DNA of 63,677 nt, the filler included. It is 11 parts of 11 records of this genome, joined end to end, with 100 filler letters (N's around TTAATTAATTAA, not from the genome) between each part and the next. Parts side by side here need not be neighbours in the genome. Positions count along the whole stretch, not along the records: positions 18,460 to 25,336 come from SRR11831586_870; positions 25,437 to 32,542 come from SRR11831586_875; 9 more parts are not named here. One strand, written 5' to 3'. The position numbers were made by a program, and so were the translations under genes. Below the pieces are notes generated by a model. That model was given only the letters and a program-made list of their open reading frames with translations. It was not told the DNA's origin and did no database searches. Positions 21,343-32,642 of this stretch are shown here, in pieces (within the stretch, counting starts at the first letter, position 1; every line of letters starts with the position of its first letter).

Positions 21343-22457
21343 GCCTGCCTTTTTTACGCACGCTGCAAGGCGATCGTTTTTTTCAGTTATTAATTCTTGT
21401 TGGTATCGGATTAAGCTTTTTCGTGCCCTTTGCACCGAAATCCTGGCCTGCTGCTATCGACTGGCACACCATCATCACCTTAAGCGGCCTGATGCTGCTG
21501 ACCAAAGGTGTGGAGTTAAGCGGTTATTTTGATGTGCTGGGGCGCAAAATGGTGCGCCGCTTTGCTACGGAGCGTCGGCTGGCGATGTTTATGGTGCTGG
21601 CGGCGGCGCTGCTTTCTACCTTTCTGACCAACGATGTCGCGCTGTTTATTGTTGTTCCGCTGACTATCACGCTAAAAAGACTGTGTGAGATCCCGGTTAA
21701 TCGGCTGATTATTTTTGAGGCGCTGGCAGTCAACGCTGGTTCGCTACTGACGCCAATTGGCAACCCGCAAAATATTCTTATCTGGGGACGTTCTGGTCTT
21801 TCGTTTGCCGGATTTATTGCCCAAATGGCACCGCTGGCTGGCGCAATGATGCTGACGCTCCTGCTCCTGTGCTGGTGTTGTTTCCCTGGAAAGGCGATGC
21901 AATACCATACGGGGGTGCAAACACCGGAGTGGAAACCGCGGCTGGTGTGGAGTTGTCTGGGGCTGTATATCGTCTTTCTGACGGCGCTGGAGTTCAAACA
22001 AGAGCTGTGGGGACTGGTGATTGTGGCGGCAGGCTTTGCGCTGCTGGCACGTCGCGTGGTGCTCAGTGTGGACTGGACGCTGCTGCTGGTGTTTATGGCG
22101 ATGTTTATCGACGTCCATTTACTGACCCAGCTTCCAGCGTTGCAAGGCGTGTTGGGTAACGTGAGTCATCTATCTGAACCCGGGTTATGGTTAACGGCAA
22201 TCGGTTTATCGCAGGTGATCAGTAACGTGCCGAGTACCATATTGTTGCTGAACTATGTGCCGCCGTCTTTATTACTGGTATGGGCGGTAAACGTAGGTGG
22301 CTTTGGGTTATTACCCGGATCGCTGGCAAATTTGATTGCGCTACGTATGGCGAACGATCGCCGCATCTGGTGGCGTTTCCATCTCTATTCAATACCGATG
22401 CTGTTGTGGGCGGCGTTGGTGGGATATGTTTTGTTAGTTATACTCCCGGCCAACTAG
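21339..22457 (+). CDS. ybiR: putative ArsB/NhaD-type anion transporter
   Basis: 372-aa hydrophobic [15 protein letters not shown] and SNVP motifs. Confidence 0.93.
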
Positions 22458-22469
22458 GGTCTGGCAAAT

Positions 22470-22499
22470 AAAAAAGGCGGATTATGAGTCCGCCTTTTG
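22470..22499. terminator. bidirectional intrinsic terminator
   Basis: AAAAAGGCGGA-TTATGAG-TCCGCCTTTT between convergent ybiR and ldtB. Confidence 0.85.
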
Positions 22500-22515
22500 C
22501 TTTAAGTTTTGAAGA

Positions 22516-23436
22516 TTAATTCAGACGAACCGGCATCCCGGAGCGGTTTTTAATCGCTTCATCAAGAACAACCTGGTCAACATCTGGCTGACCGGTCACT
22601 GTCTGCACGCTCTTCGTCAGGGTAATTGGCACAATTTCCTGACCTTCAAACTGGGCTTCGGTGGTAGACAGCGGGTTATGGACTTCAATATAACGGCTGC
22701 CGTCTGGCTCGGTGGTCGCTTTTACCGGCTCATCAATAAACTGTACGCGGGTACCGACCGGTACTTTCTCGAACAGGAATTTGATGTCTTCGTTACGCAG
22801 ACGCACACAACCATGACTTACACGCAGGCCGATACCGAAGTTGGCGTTGGTGCCATGGATAGCATACAGGCGACCGATATAGAGTGCATACAGCCCCATC
22901 GGGTTATCCGGACCTGCCGGAACGACAGCCGGAAGCGGTTCGCCCGCAGCGCGGTACTCTGCGTGCATTTTGGCGGTCGGCGTCCAGGTCGGGCCTGCTT
23001 TTTTACGCTCAACTTTGGTGGTCCAGTTGATAGGCGTATCTTTGCCTAACTGACCAATGCCGATCGGCAGCACGATAACGGTGTTGGTCCCTTTCGGATA
23101 GTAATAAAGACGCATCTCAGCACTGTTAATGACGATGCCTTCATGAACGGTATCCGGCAGGATCAGCTGCTGCGGAATGTTCAGTACAGTACCGCCTTTC
23201 GGCAGGAAGGTATCCACACCCGGGTTCGCTTCCATCATATTGGAAAGCCCCATCTGGTACTCGGCGGCAAAATACTCCAGCGGCTGAGTGTTACCTTCAG
23301 GAATGGTGATCACCTGATTCTGACCAACCAGGCGACTCCCGTCGGTTGGCAGAGGATAAGTTACCGCAGAGGCGGTACTGCAAAAGCCGACAACAGCGAA
23401 GGCCGCTGCGAATAATGTTTTCAATTTCATATTCAT
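22516..23436 (-). CDS. ldtB: L,D-transpeptidase
   Basis: 306 aa; IHGTN...SHGCVRL YkuD motif; formerly ybiS. Confidence 0.96.
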
Positions 23437-23533
23437 GTTAAGCGAGATTTTGTGCCTGGCAGGCCATTGGGTTGAGAATATTAGAGTATTGGAAGCGCAT
23501 TATAAGTTCATTCCAGCTCACAGTGAAATCAGA

Positions 23534-23549
23534 TGTGTACGAAATCACA
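23534..23549. promoter_or_regulatory. CRP-like binding site
   Basis: TGTGT-ACGAAA-TCACA, one mismatch from TGTGA-N6-TCACA, in the ldtB/ybiT divergent region. Confidence 0.6.
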
Positions 23550-23654
23550 TTTTTTGCCTTTGGCTTGAGTGTAGACCTTAAGCGAGGAGCAGGATCTTCT
23601 TTCAGACTTATGGCATAATGCGCGGTTTGTCATATCTCTTTTCAGGATACGCCT

Positions 23655-25247
23655 GTGTTAGTTTCCAGTAACGTCACCATGCAGTTCGGCAGTAAGCCGT
23701 TGTTTGAAAACATTTCCGTCAAATTTGGCGGCGGCAACCGTTACGGCCTGATTGGCGCGAACGGTAGTGGTAAATCCACCTTTATGAAGATCCTCGGCGG
23801 CGACCTTGAGCCGACGCTGGGTAACGTTTCCCTCGATCCCAACGAGCGCATTGGTAAACTGCGTCAGGATCAGTTTGCCTTTGAAGAGTTCACTGTGCTG
23901 GATACGGTGATCATGGGGCATAAAGAGTTGTGGGAAGTGAAGCAGGAGCGCGACCGCATCTATGCTTTGCCGGAAATGAGTGAAGAAGACGGCTATAAAG
24001 TGGCCGATCTGGAAGTTAAATACGGCGAAATGGACGGTTACTCTGCGGAAGCTCGCGCCGGTGAACTGTTGCTTGGCGTGGGAATTCCAGTGGAACAGCA
24101 CTACGGCCCGATGAGTGAAGTTGCTCCTGGCTGGAAGCTGCGTGTGCTTCTGGCGCAGGCGCTGTTTGCTGATCCGGATATTCTCCTGCTCGACGAACCG
24201 ACCAACAACCTCGACATCGACACCATTCGCTGGCTGGAACAGGTGCTGAACGAGCGTGACAGCACCATGATCATCATCTCGCACGACCGTCACTTCCTTA
24301 ACATGGTCTGTACCCACATGGCGGATCTGGATTACGGCGAGCTGCGCGTTTATCCGGGTAACTACGATGAGTACATGACGGCGGCGACCCAGGCGCGTGA
24401 ACGTCTGCTGGCCGATAACGCCAAGAAGAAAGCGCAGATTGCTGAGTTGCAATCTTTCGTTAGCCGCTTTAGCGCCAACGCCTCGAAATCTCGCCAGGCA
24501 ACTTCGCGCGCGCGCCAGATTGATAAAATCAAACTGGAAGAGGTGAAAGCCTCCAGCCGTCAGAACCCGTTCATCCGTTTTGAACAGGATAAGAAACTGT
24601 TCCGTAACGCGCTGGAAGTGGAAGGTCTGACCAAAGGGTTTGATAACGGTCCGCTGTTTAAAAATCTCAACCTGCTGCTGGAAGTGGGTGAAAAACTGGC
24701 GGTACTGGGTACCAACGGCGTCGGTAAATCAACGCTGCTGAAAACGCTGGTGGGCGATCTGCAACCGGACAGCGGCACCGTAAAATGGTCTGAGAACGCG
24801 CGCATTGGTTACTATGCTCAGGACCACGAATATGAGTTTGAAAATGATCTGACCGTGTTCGAATGGATGAGCCAGTGGAAGCAGGAAGGCGATGACGAGC
24901 AGGCGGTACGCAGTATTCTCGGTCGTTTGCTGTTCAGCCAGGACGACATCAAAAAGCCAGCTAAAGTGCTTTCCGGTGGGGAAAAAGGGCGGATGCTGTT
25001 TGGTAAGTTAATGATGCAGAAGCCGAACATTCTGATCATGGACGAACCGACCAACCACCTGGATATGGAATCCATTGAGTCGCTGAACATGGCACTGGAA
25101 CTGTATCAGGGCACGCTGATCTTTGTTTCACACGACCGTGAGTTCGTAAGCTCCCTGGCGACCCGCATTCTGGAAATCACCCCGGAACGCGTGATCGACT
25201 TTAGCGGTAATTACGAAGATTACCTGCGTAGTAAAGGGATCGAGTAA
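23655..25247 (+). CDS. ybiT: ABC-F family ATPase
   Basis: 530 aa, GTG start; two Walker A/B sets ([18 protein letters not shown]), no TM segments. Confidence 0.96.
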
Positions 25248-25307
25248 GTGATTATCCGTCACCCCGATACTGTCGGGGTGACGGCGGCTGATGACAAATG
25301 CAAAATA

Positions 25308-25336
25308 GCCTGATGCGCTACGCTTATCAGGCCTAC
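25308..25336. repeat. REP element at contig end
   Basis: GCCTGATGCGCTACGCTTATCAGGCCTAC. Confidence 0.9.
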
Positions 25337-25436
25337 NNNNNNNNNNNNNNNNNNNNNNNNNNNNNNNNNNNNNNNNNNNNTTAATTAATTAANNNNNNNN
25401 NNNNNNNNNNNNNNNNNNNNNNNNNNNNNNNNNNNN
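25337..25436. other. artificial contig linker
   Basis: 44N-TTAATTAATTAA-44N. Confidence 0.99.
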
Positions 25437-25523
25437 ACCTTCCGCACTGAAACAGTGGGGAAAACGTTCGGCCAGAAACGCGATTACTTCTTTACTGCTA
25501 TTCAACTTAGGTTGATTTTCCAT
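25437..25523 (-). CDS. proQ: RNA chaperone ProQ, 5' 29 codons (truncated)
   Basis: manual translation [29 protein letters not shown]. Confidence 0.92.
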
Positions 25524-25619
25524 GAAATTTCCTGATTACAACGGACGTAGCCAACAAGCGCAGGCATGAACAGGCGTCATTATAATGACGCTATCAGTAA
25601 ATGCTACGTTATCCGTTGA

Positions 25620-26117
25620 TTATCCTGCGACGCTCGCAAAGAATTTTTTGTAATCCGTCGTTGCAAGCACTTTTTCAAGCTGTGCCACAAGCTGACGTAA
25701 GCCTTGCTCGTCCTCGTCTGTAAAGCGACCGAAGACGGTACTATCGATGTCGAGAACACCAATAATCTGATTTTTCACCACCAGCGGCAGAACAATTTCA
25801 GAATTACTCGCCGCATCACAGGCAATATGCCCGTCAAACACATGAACATCCTCGATACGCTGCACTTGATTGCGGGCAACCGCAGTGCCGCACACGCCGC
25901 GCCCGACGGGTATCCGGACACAGGCAATTTTGCCCTGAAATGGTCCGAGTACCAGTGTATCGTCCTCAAGCAAATAAAAACCTGCCCAGTTTATGTCAGT
26001 GAGACGCTCATATAACAACGCACTGGTGTTCGCAAGCGTTGCCAGAAAACTGGTTTCTCCCGCCATCAGCGCGTTAAAGTCGCGATTTAAATCCGCGTAA
26101 AATTCTGTTTTGTTCAT
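25620..26117 (-). CDS. msrC: free methionine-(R)-sulfoxide reductase (GAF domain)
   Basis: 165 aa from MNKTEFY; GPFQGKIAC, GVCG and HIACD motifs. Confidence 0.96.
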   Translation of the reverse strand: MNKTEFYADLNRDFNALMAGETSFLATLANTSALLYERLTDINWAGFYLLEDDTLVLGPFQGKIACVRIPVGRGVCGTAVARNQVQRIEDVHVFDGHIACDAASNSEIVLPLVVKNQIIGVLDIDSTVFGRFTDEDEQGLRQLVAQLEKVLATTDYKKFFASVAG

Positions 26118-26246
26118 TATATAATCACTTGGTTGTCTTACCTGGATCTGCCAGCCTATTAAAATAAGCATTAAATGCGTTAATGCTCAAGATCATTCCC
26201 ATCATGGGTTAAGATTAATGTTAATTCTTATTACATTTGGCACGTC

Positions 26247-27530
26247 ATGGCTCTTAACACACCACAAATTACGCCGACAAAAAAGATAACAGTGAGGGCA
26301 ATCGGCGAGGAACTGCCGCGTGGTGATTACCAACGTTGCCCGCAATGTGACATGCTGTTTAGCCTGCCCGAGATAAATTCTCATCAAAGTGCCTATTGTC
26401 CGCGCTGTCAGGCAAAAATTCGTGACGGGCGCGACTGGTCGCTAACGCGCCTGGCGGCAATGGCCTTCACCATGCTGTTGCTTATGCCGTTTGCCTGGGG
26501 CGAACCGCTGTTGCATATCTGGCTGTTAGGCATTCGTATTGACGCCAACGTTATGCAAGGCATCTGGCAAATGACCAAACAGGGCGATGCGATAACGGGG
26601 TCGATGGTCTTTTTCTGCGTTATTGGTGCCCCGCTCATTCTGGTGACCTCCATAGCTTATTTATGGTTTGGTAACCGACTGGGAATGAATTTACGTCCGG
26701 TACTGCTGATGCTTGAGCGACTTAAAGAGTGGGTAATGCTCGATATCTACCTGGTCGGCATTGGCGTTGCTTCTATAAAGGTACAGGATTATGCCCATAT
26801 CCAGGCTGGTGTCGGCTTGTTCTCTTTTGTGGCGTTGGTGATTTTAACGACGGTGACGTTGTCACATCTTAATGTCGAAGAACTGTGGGAGCGATTTTAT
26901 CCGCAGCGCCCCGCTACGCGTAGGGACGAGAAACTTCGTGTCTGTCTTGGGTGCCATTTTACCGGCTATCCAGATCAGCGTGGTCGCTGCCCGCGTTGCC
27001 ATATCCCGCTACGCCTGCGTCGCCGTCATAGTCTGCAAAAATGCTGGGCGGCGCTGTTAGCGTCAATCGTTTTATTGTTACCTGCCAACCTGTTGCCTAT
27101 TTCTATCATTTATCTGAACGGAGGACGGCAGGAAGATACAATTCTTTCCGGAATTATGTCGCTGGCAAGTAGCAACATTGCGGTTGCAGGAATCGTGTTT
27201 ATCGCCAGTATTCTGGTACCGTTTACTAAAGTGATCGTCATGTTCACTTTACTGTTGAGCATTCATTTTAAATGCCAGCAAGGTTTACGCACACGCATTC
27301 TGTTACTGCGGATGGTGACCTGGATTGGTCGCTGGTCGATGCTCGACCTGTTTGTCATATCTTTAACCATGTCGCTGATTAATCGCGATCAGATCCTCGC
27401 TTTTACTATGGGACCGGCTGCGTTTTATTTCGGCGCAGCGGTAATTTTGACTATTCTTGCTGTGGAATGGCTGGACAGCCGCTTACTTTGGGATGCACAT
27501 GAGTCAGGAAACGCCCGCTTCGACGACTGA
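26247..27530 (+). CDS. letA: PqiA-family inner membrane protein
   Basis: 427 aa; CxxC pairs and WSMLDLF motif; formerly yebS. Confidence 0.95.
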
Positions 27531-30132
27531 AGCGCAGATTAAAAATAAACGCCGTATCTCACCTTTCTGGCTGCTGCCGTTCATCGCGCTAATGATTGCC
27601 AGTTGGCTGATTTGGGACAGTTATCAGGACCGGGGTAATACCGTCACCATCGACTTTATGTCGGCGGATGGTATTGTTCCAGGCCGTACGCCTGTTCGTT
27701 ATCAGGGCGTTGAAGTCGGAACAGTGCAGGATATCAGCCTCAGCGACGATCTTCGTAAGATTGAAGTCAAGGTCAGCATCAAGTCCGATATGAAAGATGC
27801 GCTGCGCGAAGAGACTCAGTTCTGGCTGGTGACGCCAAAAGCATCGTTGGCAGGTGTCTCCGGGCTGGACGCCCTCGTCGGTGGGAACTATATCGGCATG
27901 ATGCCGGGTAAAGGTAAAGAGCAGGATCACTTTGTCGCACTCGATACCCAACCGAAATATCGGCTGGACAATGGCGATCTGATGATCCACCTGCAAGCCC
28001 CCGATCTCGGTTCGCTGAACAGCGGTTCATTGGTCTATTTCCGCAAGATCCCGGTGGGAAAAGTCTACGACTATGCCATCAATCCCAACAAGCAAGGCGT
28101 GGTGATTGATGTCCTGATCGAGCGGCGTTTTACCGATCTGGTGAAAAAAGGTAGCCGTTTCTGGAACGTTTCCGGCGTTGATGCCAACGTCAGTATCAGT
28201 GGCGCGAAGGTGAAACTGGAAAGCCTGGCGGCACTGGTTAACGGTGCGATTGCCTTCGATTCACCAGAAGAGTCGAAACCTGCCGAGGCGGAAGATACCT
28301 TTGGTCTGTATGAAGATCTGGCCCACAGCCAGCGTGGCGTAATAATAAAACTGGAACTGCCGAGTGGGGCCGGATTAACCGCCGACTCGACGCCGTTAAT
28401 GTATCAGGGGCTGGAAGTCGGACAGCTGACTAAACTGGATTTAAATCCTGGTGGTAAAGTCACAGGGGAAATGACCGTTGATCCCAGCGTCGTTACCCTG
28501 CTTCGTGAAAATACCCGCATCGAATTACGCAACCCGAAATTATCCCTTAGCGATGCTAATCTCAGCGCCCTGCTGACCGGCAAAACCTTCGAGCTGGTGC
28601 CCGGCGATGGCGAGCCACGCAAAGAGTTCGTTGTTGTGCCAGGCGAAAAAGCACTGCTGCATGAACCTGATGTTCTGACGCTGACCCTGACCGCGCCGGA
28701 AAGTTACGGTATTGATGCGGGTCAGCCGCTCATTCTTCACGGCGTGCAGGTAGGCCAGGTTATCGATCGTAAACTCACCAGCAAAGGCGTCACCTTTACC
28801 GTCGCCATCGAGCCTCAGCATCGCGAACTGGTAAAAGGCGATAGCAAATTTGTCGTCAACAGCCGTGTCGATGTGAAGGTGGGGCTGGATGGCGTTGAGT
28901 TTCTCGGTGCCAGCGCCTCAGAATGGATCAATGGCGGGATACGTATTCTGCCGGGCGATAAAGGTGAGATGAAAGCCAGCTATCCACTGTATGCCAATTT
29001 GGAAAAAGCGCTGGAGAACAGCCTTAGCGATTTACCCACCACAACCGTGAGTTTGAGTGCAGAGACGCTGCCGGATGTGCAGGCAGGATCGGTAGTGCTG
29101 TACCGTAAATTTGAAGTTGGTGAAGTGATTACCGTGCGTCCGCGAGCTAACGCGTTTGATATCGATCTGCATATTAAGCCGGAGTATCGCAACCTTCTGA
29201 CCAGCAATAGCGTGTTCTGGGCAGAAGGCGGGGCGAAAGTTCAGCTGAATGGTAGTGGTCTGACCGTACAGGCATCCCCGCTCTCCAGAGCATTAAAGGG
29301 AGCCATTAGCTTCGACAACCTCAGCGGTGCCAGCGCCAGTCAGCGTAAAGGCGATAAGCGTATTCTGTATGCTTCCGAAACAGCGGCCCGTGCGGTTGGC
29401 GGGCAGATTACGCTTCACGCTTTCGATGCCGGAAAACTGGCGGTCGGGATGCCAATTCGCTATCTCGGTATTGATATCGGGCAAATCCAGACGCTGGATC
29501 TGATTACCGCACGCAATGAAGTACAGGCAAAGGCGGTACTTTACCCGGAATATGTCCAGACCTTTGCTCGCGGTGGTACGCGCTTCTCAGTGGTCACACC
29601 GCAAATTTCGGCAGCTGGCGTTGAGCATCTTGATACTATCCTCCAGCCGTATATCAACGTCGAACCAGGCCGGGGCAATCCTCGCCGCGACTTTGAATTA
29701 CAAGAGGCCACCATTACTGATTCGCGTTACCTGGATGGCTTAAGCATTATTGTTGAAGCGCCGGAAGCCGGTTCGTTAGGCATCGGTACGCCTGTGCTGT
29801 TCCGTGGTCTGGAAGTCGGTACGGTTACAGGAATGACGCTGGGGACATTGTCAGATCGCGTGATGATTGCGATGCGCATCAGTAAACGCTATCAACACCT
29901 GGTGCGTAACAATTCCGTCTTCTGGTTGGCATCGGGTTACAGTCTGGACTTTGGTCTGACGGGCGGCGTAGTGAAAACCGGCACCTTTAACCAGTTTATC
30001 CGTGGCGGCATCGCCTTCGCCACGCCTCCGGGTACGCCACTGGCACCGAAAGCCCAGGAAGGCAAACACTTCCTGTTGCAGGAAAGTGAACCGAAAGAGT
30101 GGCGTGAATGGGGAACTGCGCTTCCCAAATAA
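27499..30132 (+). CDS. letB: multi-MCE-domain lipid transport tunnel protein
   Basis: 877 aa; repeated MCE motifs (YQGVEVG, FRKIPVG, YLGIDIG); formerly yebT. Confidence 0.96.
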
Positions 30133-30211
30133 TGCCCACTGCTCCGGCGTGCCTGCGCCGGAGCGTTTATGCTAAACTGCGCGCCTGTTTTTTTGCCAGT
30201 GGTACATGCTC

Positions 30212-31651
30212 GTGGCCCAACACACCGTTTATTTCCCGGACGCCTTTCTGACACAAATGCGCGAAGCGATGCCTTCGACGCTCTCATTTGATGATTTTCT
30301 TGCCGCCTGTCAGCGCCCGTTGCGCCGCAGCATTCGCGTTAATACGCTGAAAATCTCCGTTGCTGATTTCCTGCAATTAACCGCTCCTTATGGCTGGACG
30401 CTTACGCCAATTCCGTGGTGTGAAGAAGGTTTCTGGATTGAACGCGACAATGAAGATGCATTGCCATTGGGTAGTACCGCCGAGCATTTAAGTGGCCTGT
30501 TTTATATTCAGGAAGCCAGTTCAATGTTGCCTGTTGCCGCCTTGTTTGCTGACGGTAATGCACCACAGCGGGTGATGGATGTCGCTGCCGCGCCTGGCTC
30601 CAAAACGACGCAAATTTCCGCGCGGATGAATAACGAAGGGGCAATCCTTGCCAATGAGTTTTCCGCCAGTCGGGTAAAAGTGTTACATGCCAATATCAGC
30701 CGCTGTGGTATCAGTAATGTTGCGCTCACACATTTTGATGGCCGCGTGTTTGGTGCGGCAGTGCCAGAAATGTTCGATGCCATTTTGCTGGACGCTCCCT
30801 GCTCTGGCGAAGGCGTGGTGCGTAAAGATCCCGATGCGCTAAAAAACTGGTCACCAGAAAGCAATCAGGAAATCGCAGCTACACAACGGGAGCTTATCGA
30901 CAGCGCCTTTCATGCATTACGTCCTGGTGGTACGCTGGTTTACTCGACCTGTACCTTAAACCAGGAAGAAAACGAAGCCGTTTGCCTGTGGCTGAAAGAG
31001 ACTTACCCCGACGCAGTAGAGTTTTTACCACTTGGCGATCTCTTCCCTGGTGCAAACAAAGCGCTGACCGAAGAAGGCTTTTTGCATGTTTTCCCACAAA
31101 TTTACGACTGCGAAGGCTTCTTCGTTGCTCGTCTGCGTAAAACTCAGGCGATTCCCGCCTTACCCGCCCCCAAATACAAAGTCGGTAATTTTCCGTTCAG
31201 CCCGGTGAAAGATCGCGAAGCTGGACAAATTCGTCAGGCGGCTACAGGTGTTGGCTTAAACTGGGATGAAAACCTGCGCCTCTGGCAGCGTGACAAAGAA
31301 CTGTGGTTGTTCCCGGTGGGCATTGAAGCCCTGATCGGTAAAGTCCGATTTTCTCGGTTGGGGATTAAACTTGCCGAGACGCACAACAAAGGTTATCGCT
31401 GGCAGCATGAAGCGGTTATTGCTCTTGCCTCACCCGATAATATGAATGCATTCGAGCTGACACCGCAGGAAGCGGAGGAGTGGTATCGCGGGCGCGATGT
31501 TTACCCGCAAGCCGCGCCAGTGGCGGATGATGTATTGGTTACTTTCCAGCATCAACCGATTGGTTTAGCCAAACGGATTGGTTCGCGATTGAAAAACAGC
31601 TATCCGCGTGAACTGGTGCGCGATGGGAAACTTTTTACCGGTAACGCCTGA
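30212..31651 (+). CDS. rsmF: 16S rRNA m5C1407 methyltransferase
   Basis: AAPGSKT, DAPCSG and YSTCT motifs; alternative ATG at 30206. Confidence 0.96.
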
Positions 31652-31768
31652 CAGCGCACAAAAAAAGCGCACTTTTTGACTGGCACATTCGGCTGCCTCA
31701 ACTAGGCTGAAAAATGGTGCGATCGGACTGGTCGTACCACAATCGGCAGCTAAATGGAGAGCACGAAG

Positions 31769-32005
31769 ATGAAAACCAGTGTGCGCATAGGCGCTTTTGA
31801 AATCGACGACGGCGAATTACACGGTGAATCGCCAGGTGATCGAACGTTAACCATTCCTTGTAAATCTGACCCCGATTTATGTATGCAACTGGATGCCTGG
31901 GATGCTGAAACCAGTATCCCTGCCCTGCTAAATGGCGAACACTCTGTCCTTTACCGTACCCGTTACGATCAACAATCTGATGCCTGGATTATGCGTCTTG
32001 CCTGA
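31769..32005 (+). CDS. yebV: small conserved protein (DUF1480)
   Basis: 78-aa ORF MKTSVRIGAFEIDD; synteny. Confidence 0.88.
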   Translation: MKTSVRIGAFEIDDGELHGESPGDRTLTIPCKSDPDLCMQLDAWDAETSIPALLNGEHSVLYRTRYDQQSDAWIMRLA

Positions 32006-32109
32006 TCCAAAAAGAACCCGTCGGCATGGCGGGTTATTTGTCCTGGTTATTCCCCCGTTGTAAAATCTCTCCTAAACTTAACGGTACGGCACCACACTTC
32101 GGGGATGAA

Positions 32110-32301
32110 ATGTTCGCGCTGGTACTTTTTGTTTGCTACCTGGATGGCGGTTGTGAAGATATTGTTGTGGATGTCTACAACACGGAACAGCAGTGTCTTT
32201 ATTCTATGAGCGATCAACGGATCCGCCAGGGCGGTTGTTTTCCGATTGAGGATTTTATAGATGGTTTCTGGCGACCTGCACAGGAGTACGGTGATTTTTA
32301 A
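32110..32301 (+). CDS. yebW: small conserved protein (DUF1482)
   Basis: 63-aa ORF MFALVLFVCYLDGGC; synteny. Confidence 0.86.
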   Translation: MFALVLFVCYLDGGCEDIVVDVYNTEQQCLYSMSDQRIRQGGCFPIEDFIDGFWRPAQEYGDF

Positions 32302-32541
32302 TTATTGCAATTGCACAAGAGTCAGTTCGCCCCCAAAGACAGCACCGGTATCAATATAATGCAGGTTGCCAATATCCACGCGATGTCGCAACGGTGTATG
32401 ACCAAACCAGAAATGATCAGCACCTGTAATTCCCTGCCCTTTTTGGCGTTCACCTAATCGCGAGCGGCTCCACAAGACCTGATGCAAATCAACGTCCTTT
32501 TGCCATTCATAAACATCATCTGGATAATCGGCATGAGCAAT
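32302..32541 (-). CDS. pphA: Ser/Thr protein phosphatase 1, 3' part (truncated)
   Basis: FGHTP and YIDTGAVFGGELT metallophosphatase C-terminus. Confidence 0.9.
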   Translation of the reverse strand: MAHADYPDDVYEWQKDVDLHQVLWSRSRLGERQKGQGITGADHFWFGHTPLRHRVDIGNLHYIDTGAVFGGELTLVQLQ

Positions 32542-32542
32542 A

Positions 32543-32642
32543 NNNNNNNNNNNNNNNNNNNNNNNNNNNNNNNNNNNNNNNNNNNNTTAATTAATTAANN
32601 NNNNNNNNNNNNNNNNNNNNNNNNNNNNNNNNNNNNNNNNNN
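32543..32642. other. artificial contig linker
   Basis: 44N-TTAATTAATTAA-44N. Confidence 0.99.

Noticed and set aside
23658-24452. 264-aa ORF antisense to ybiT
   Set aside because: Shadow frame caused by codon bias; no motifs
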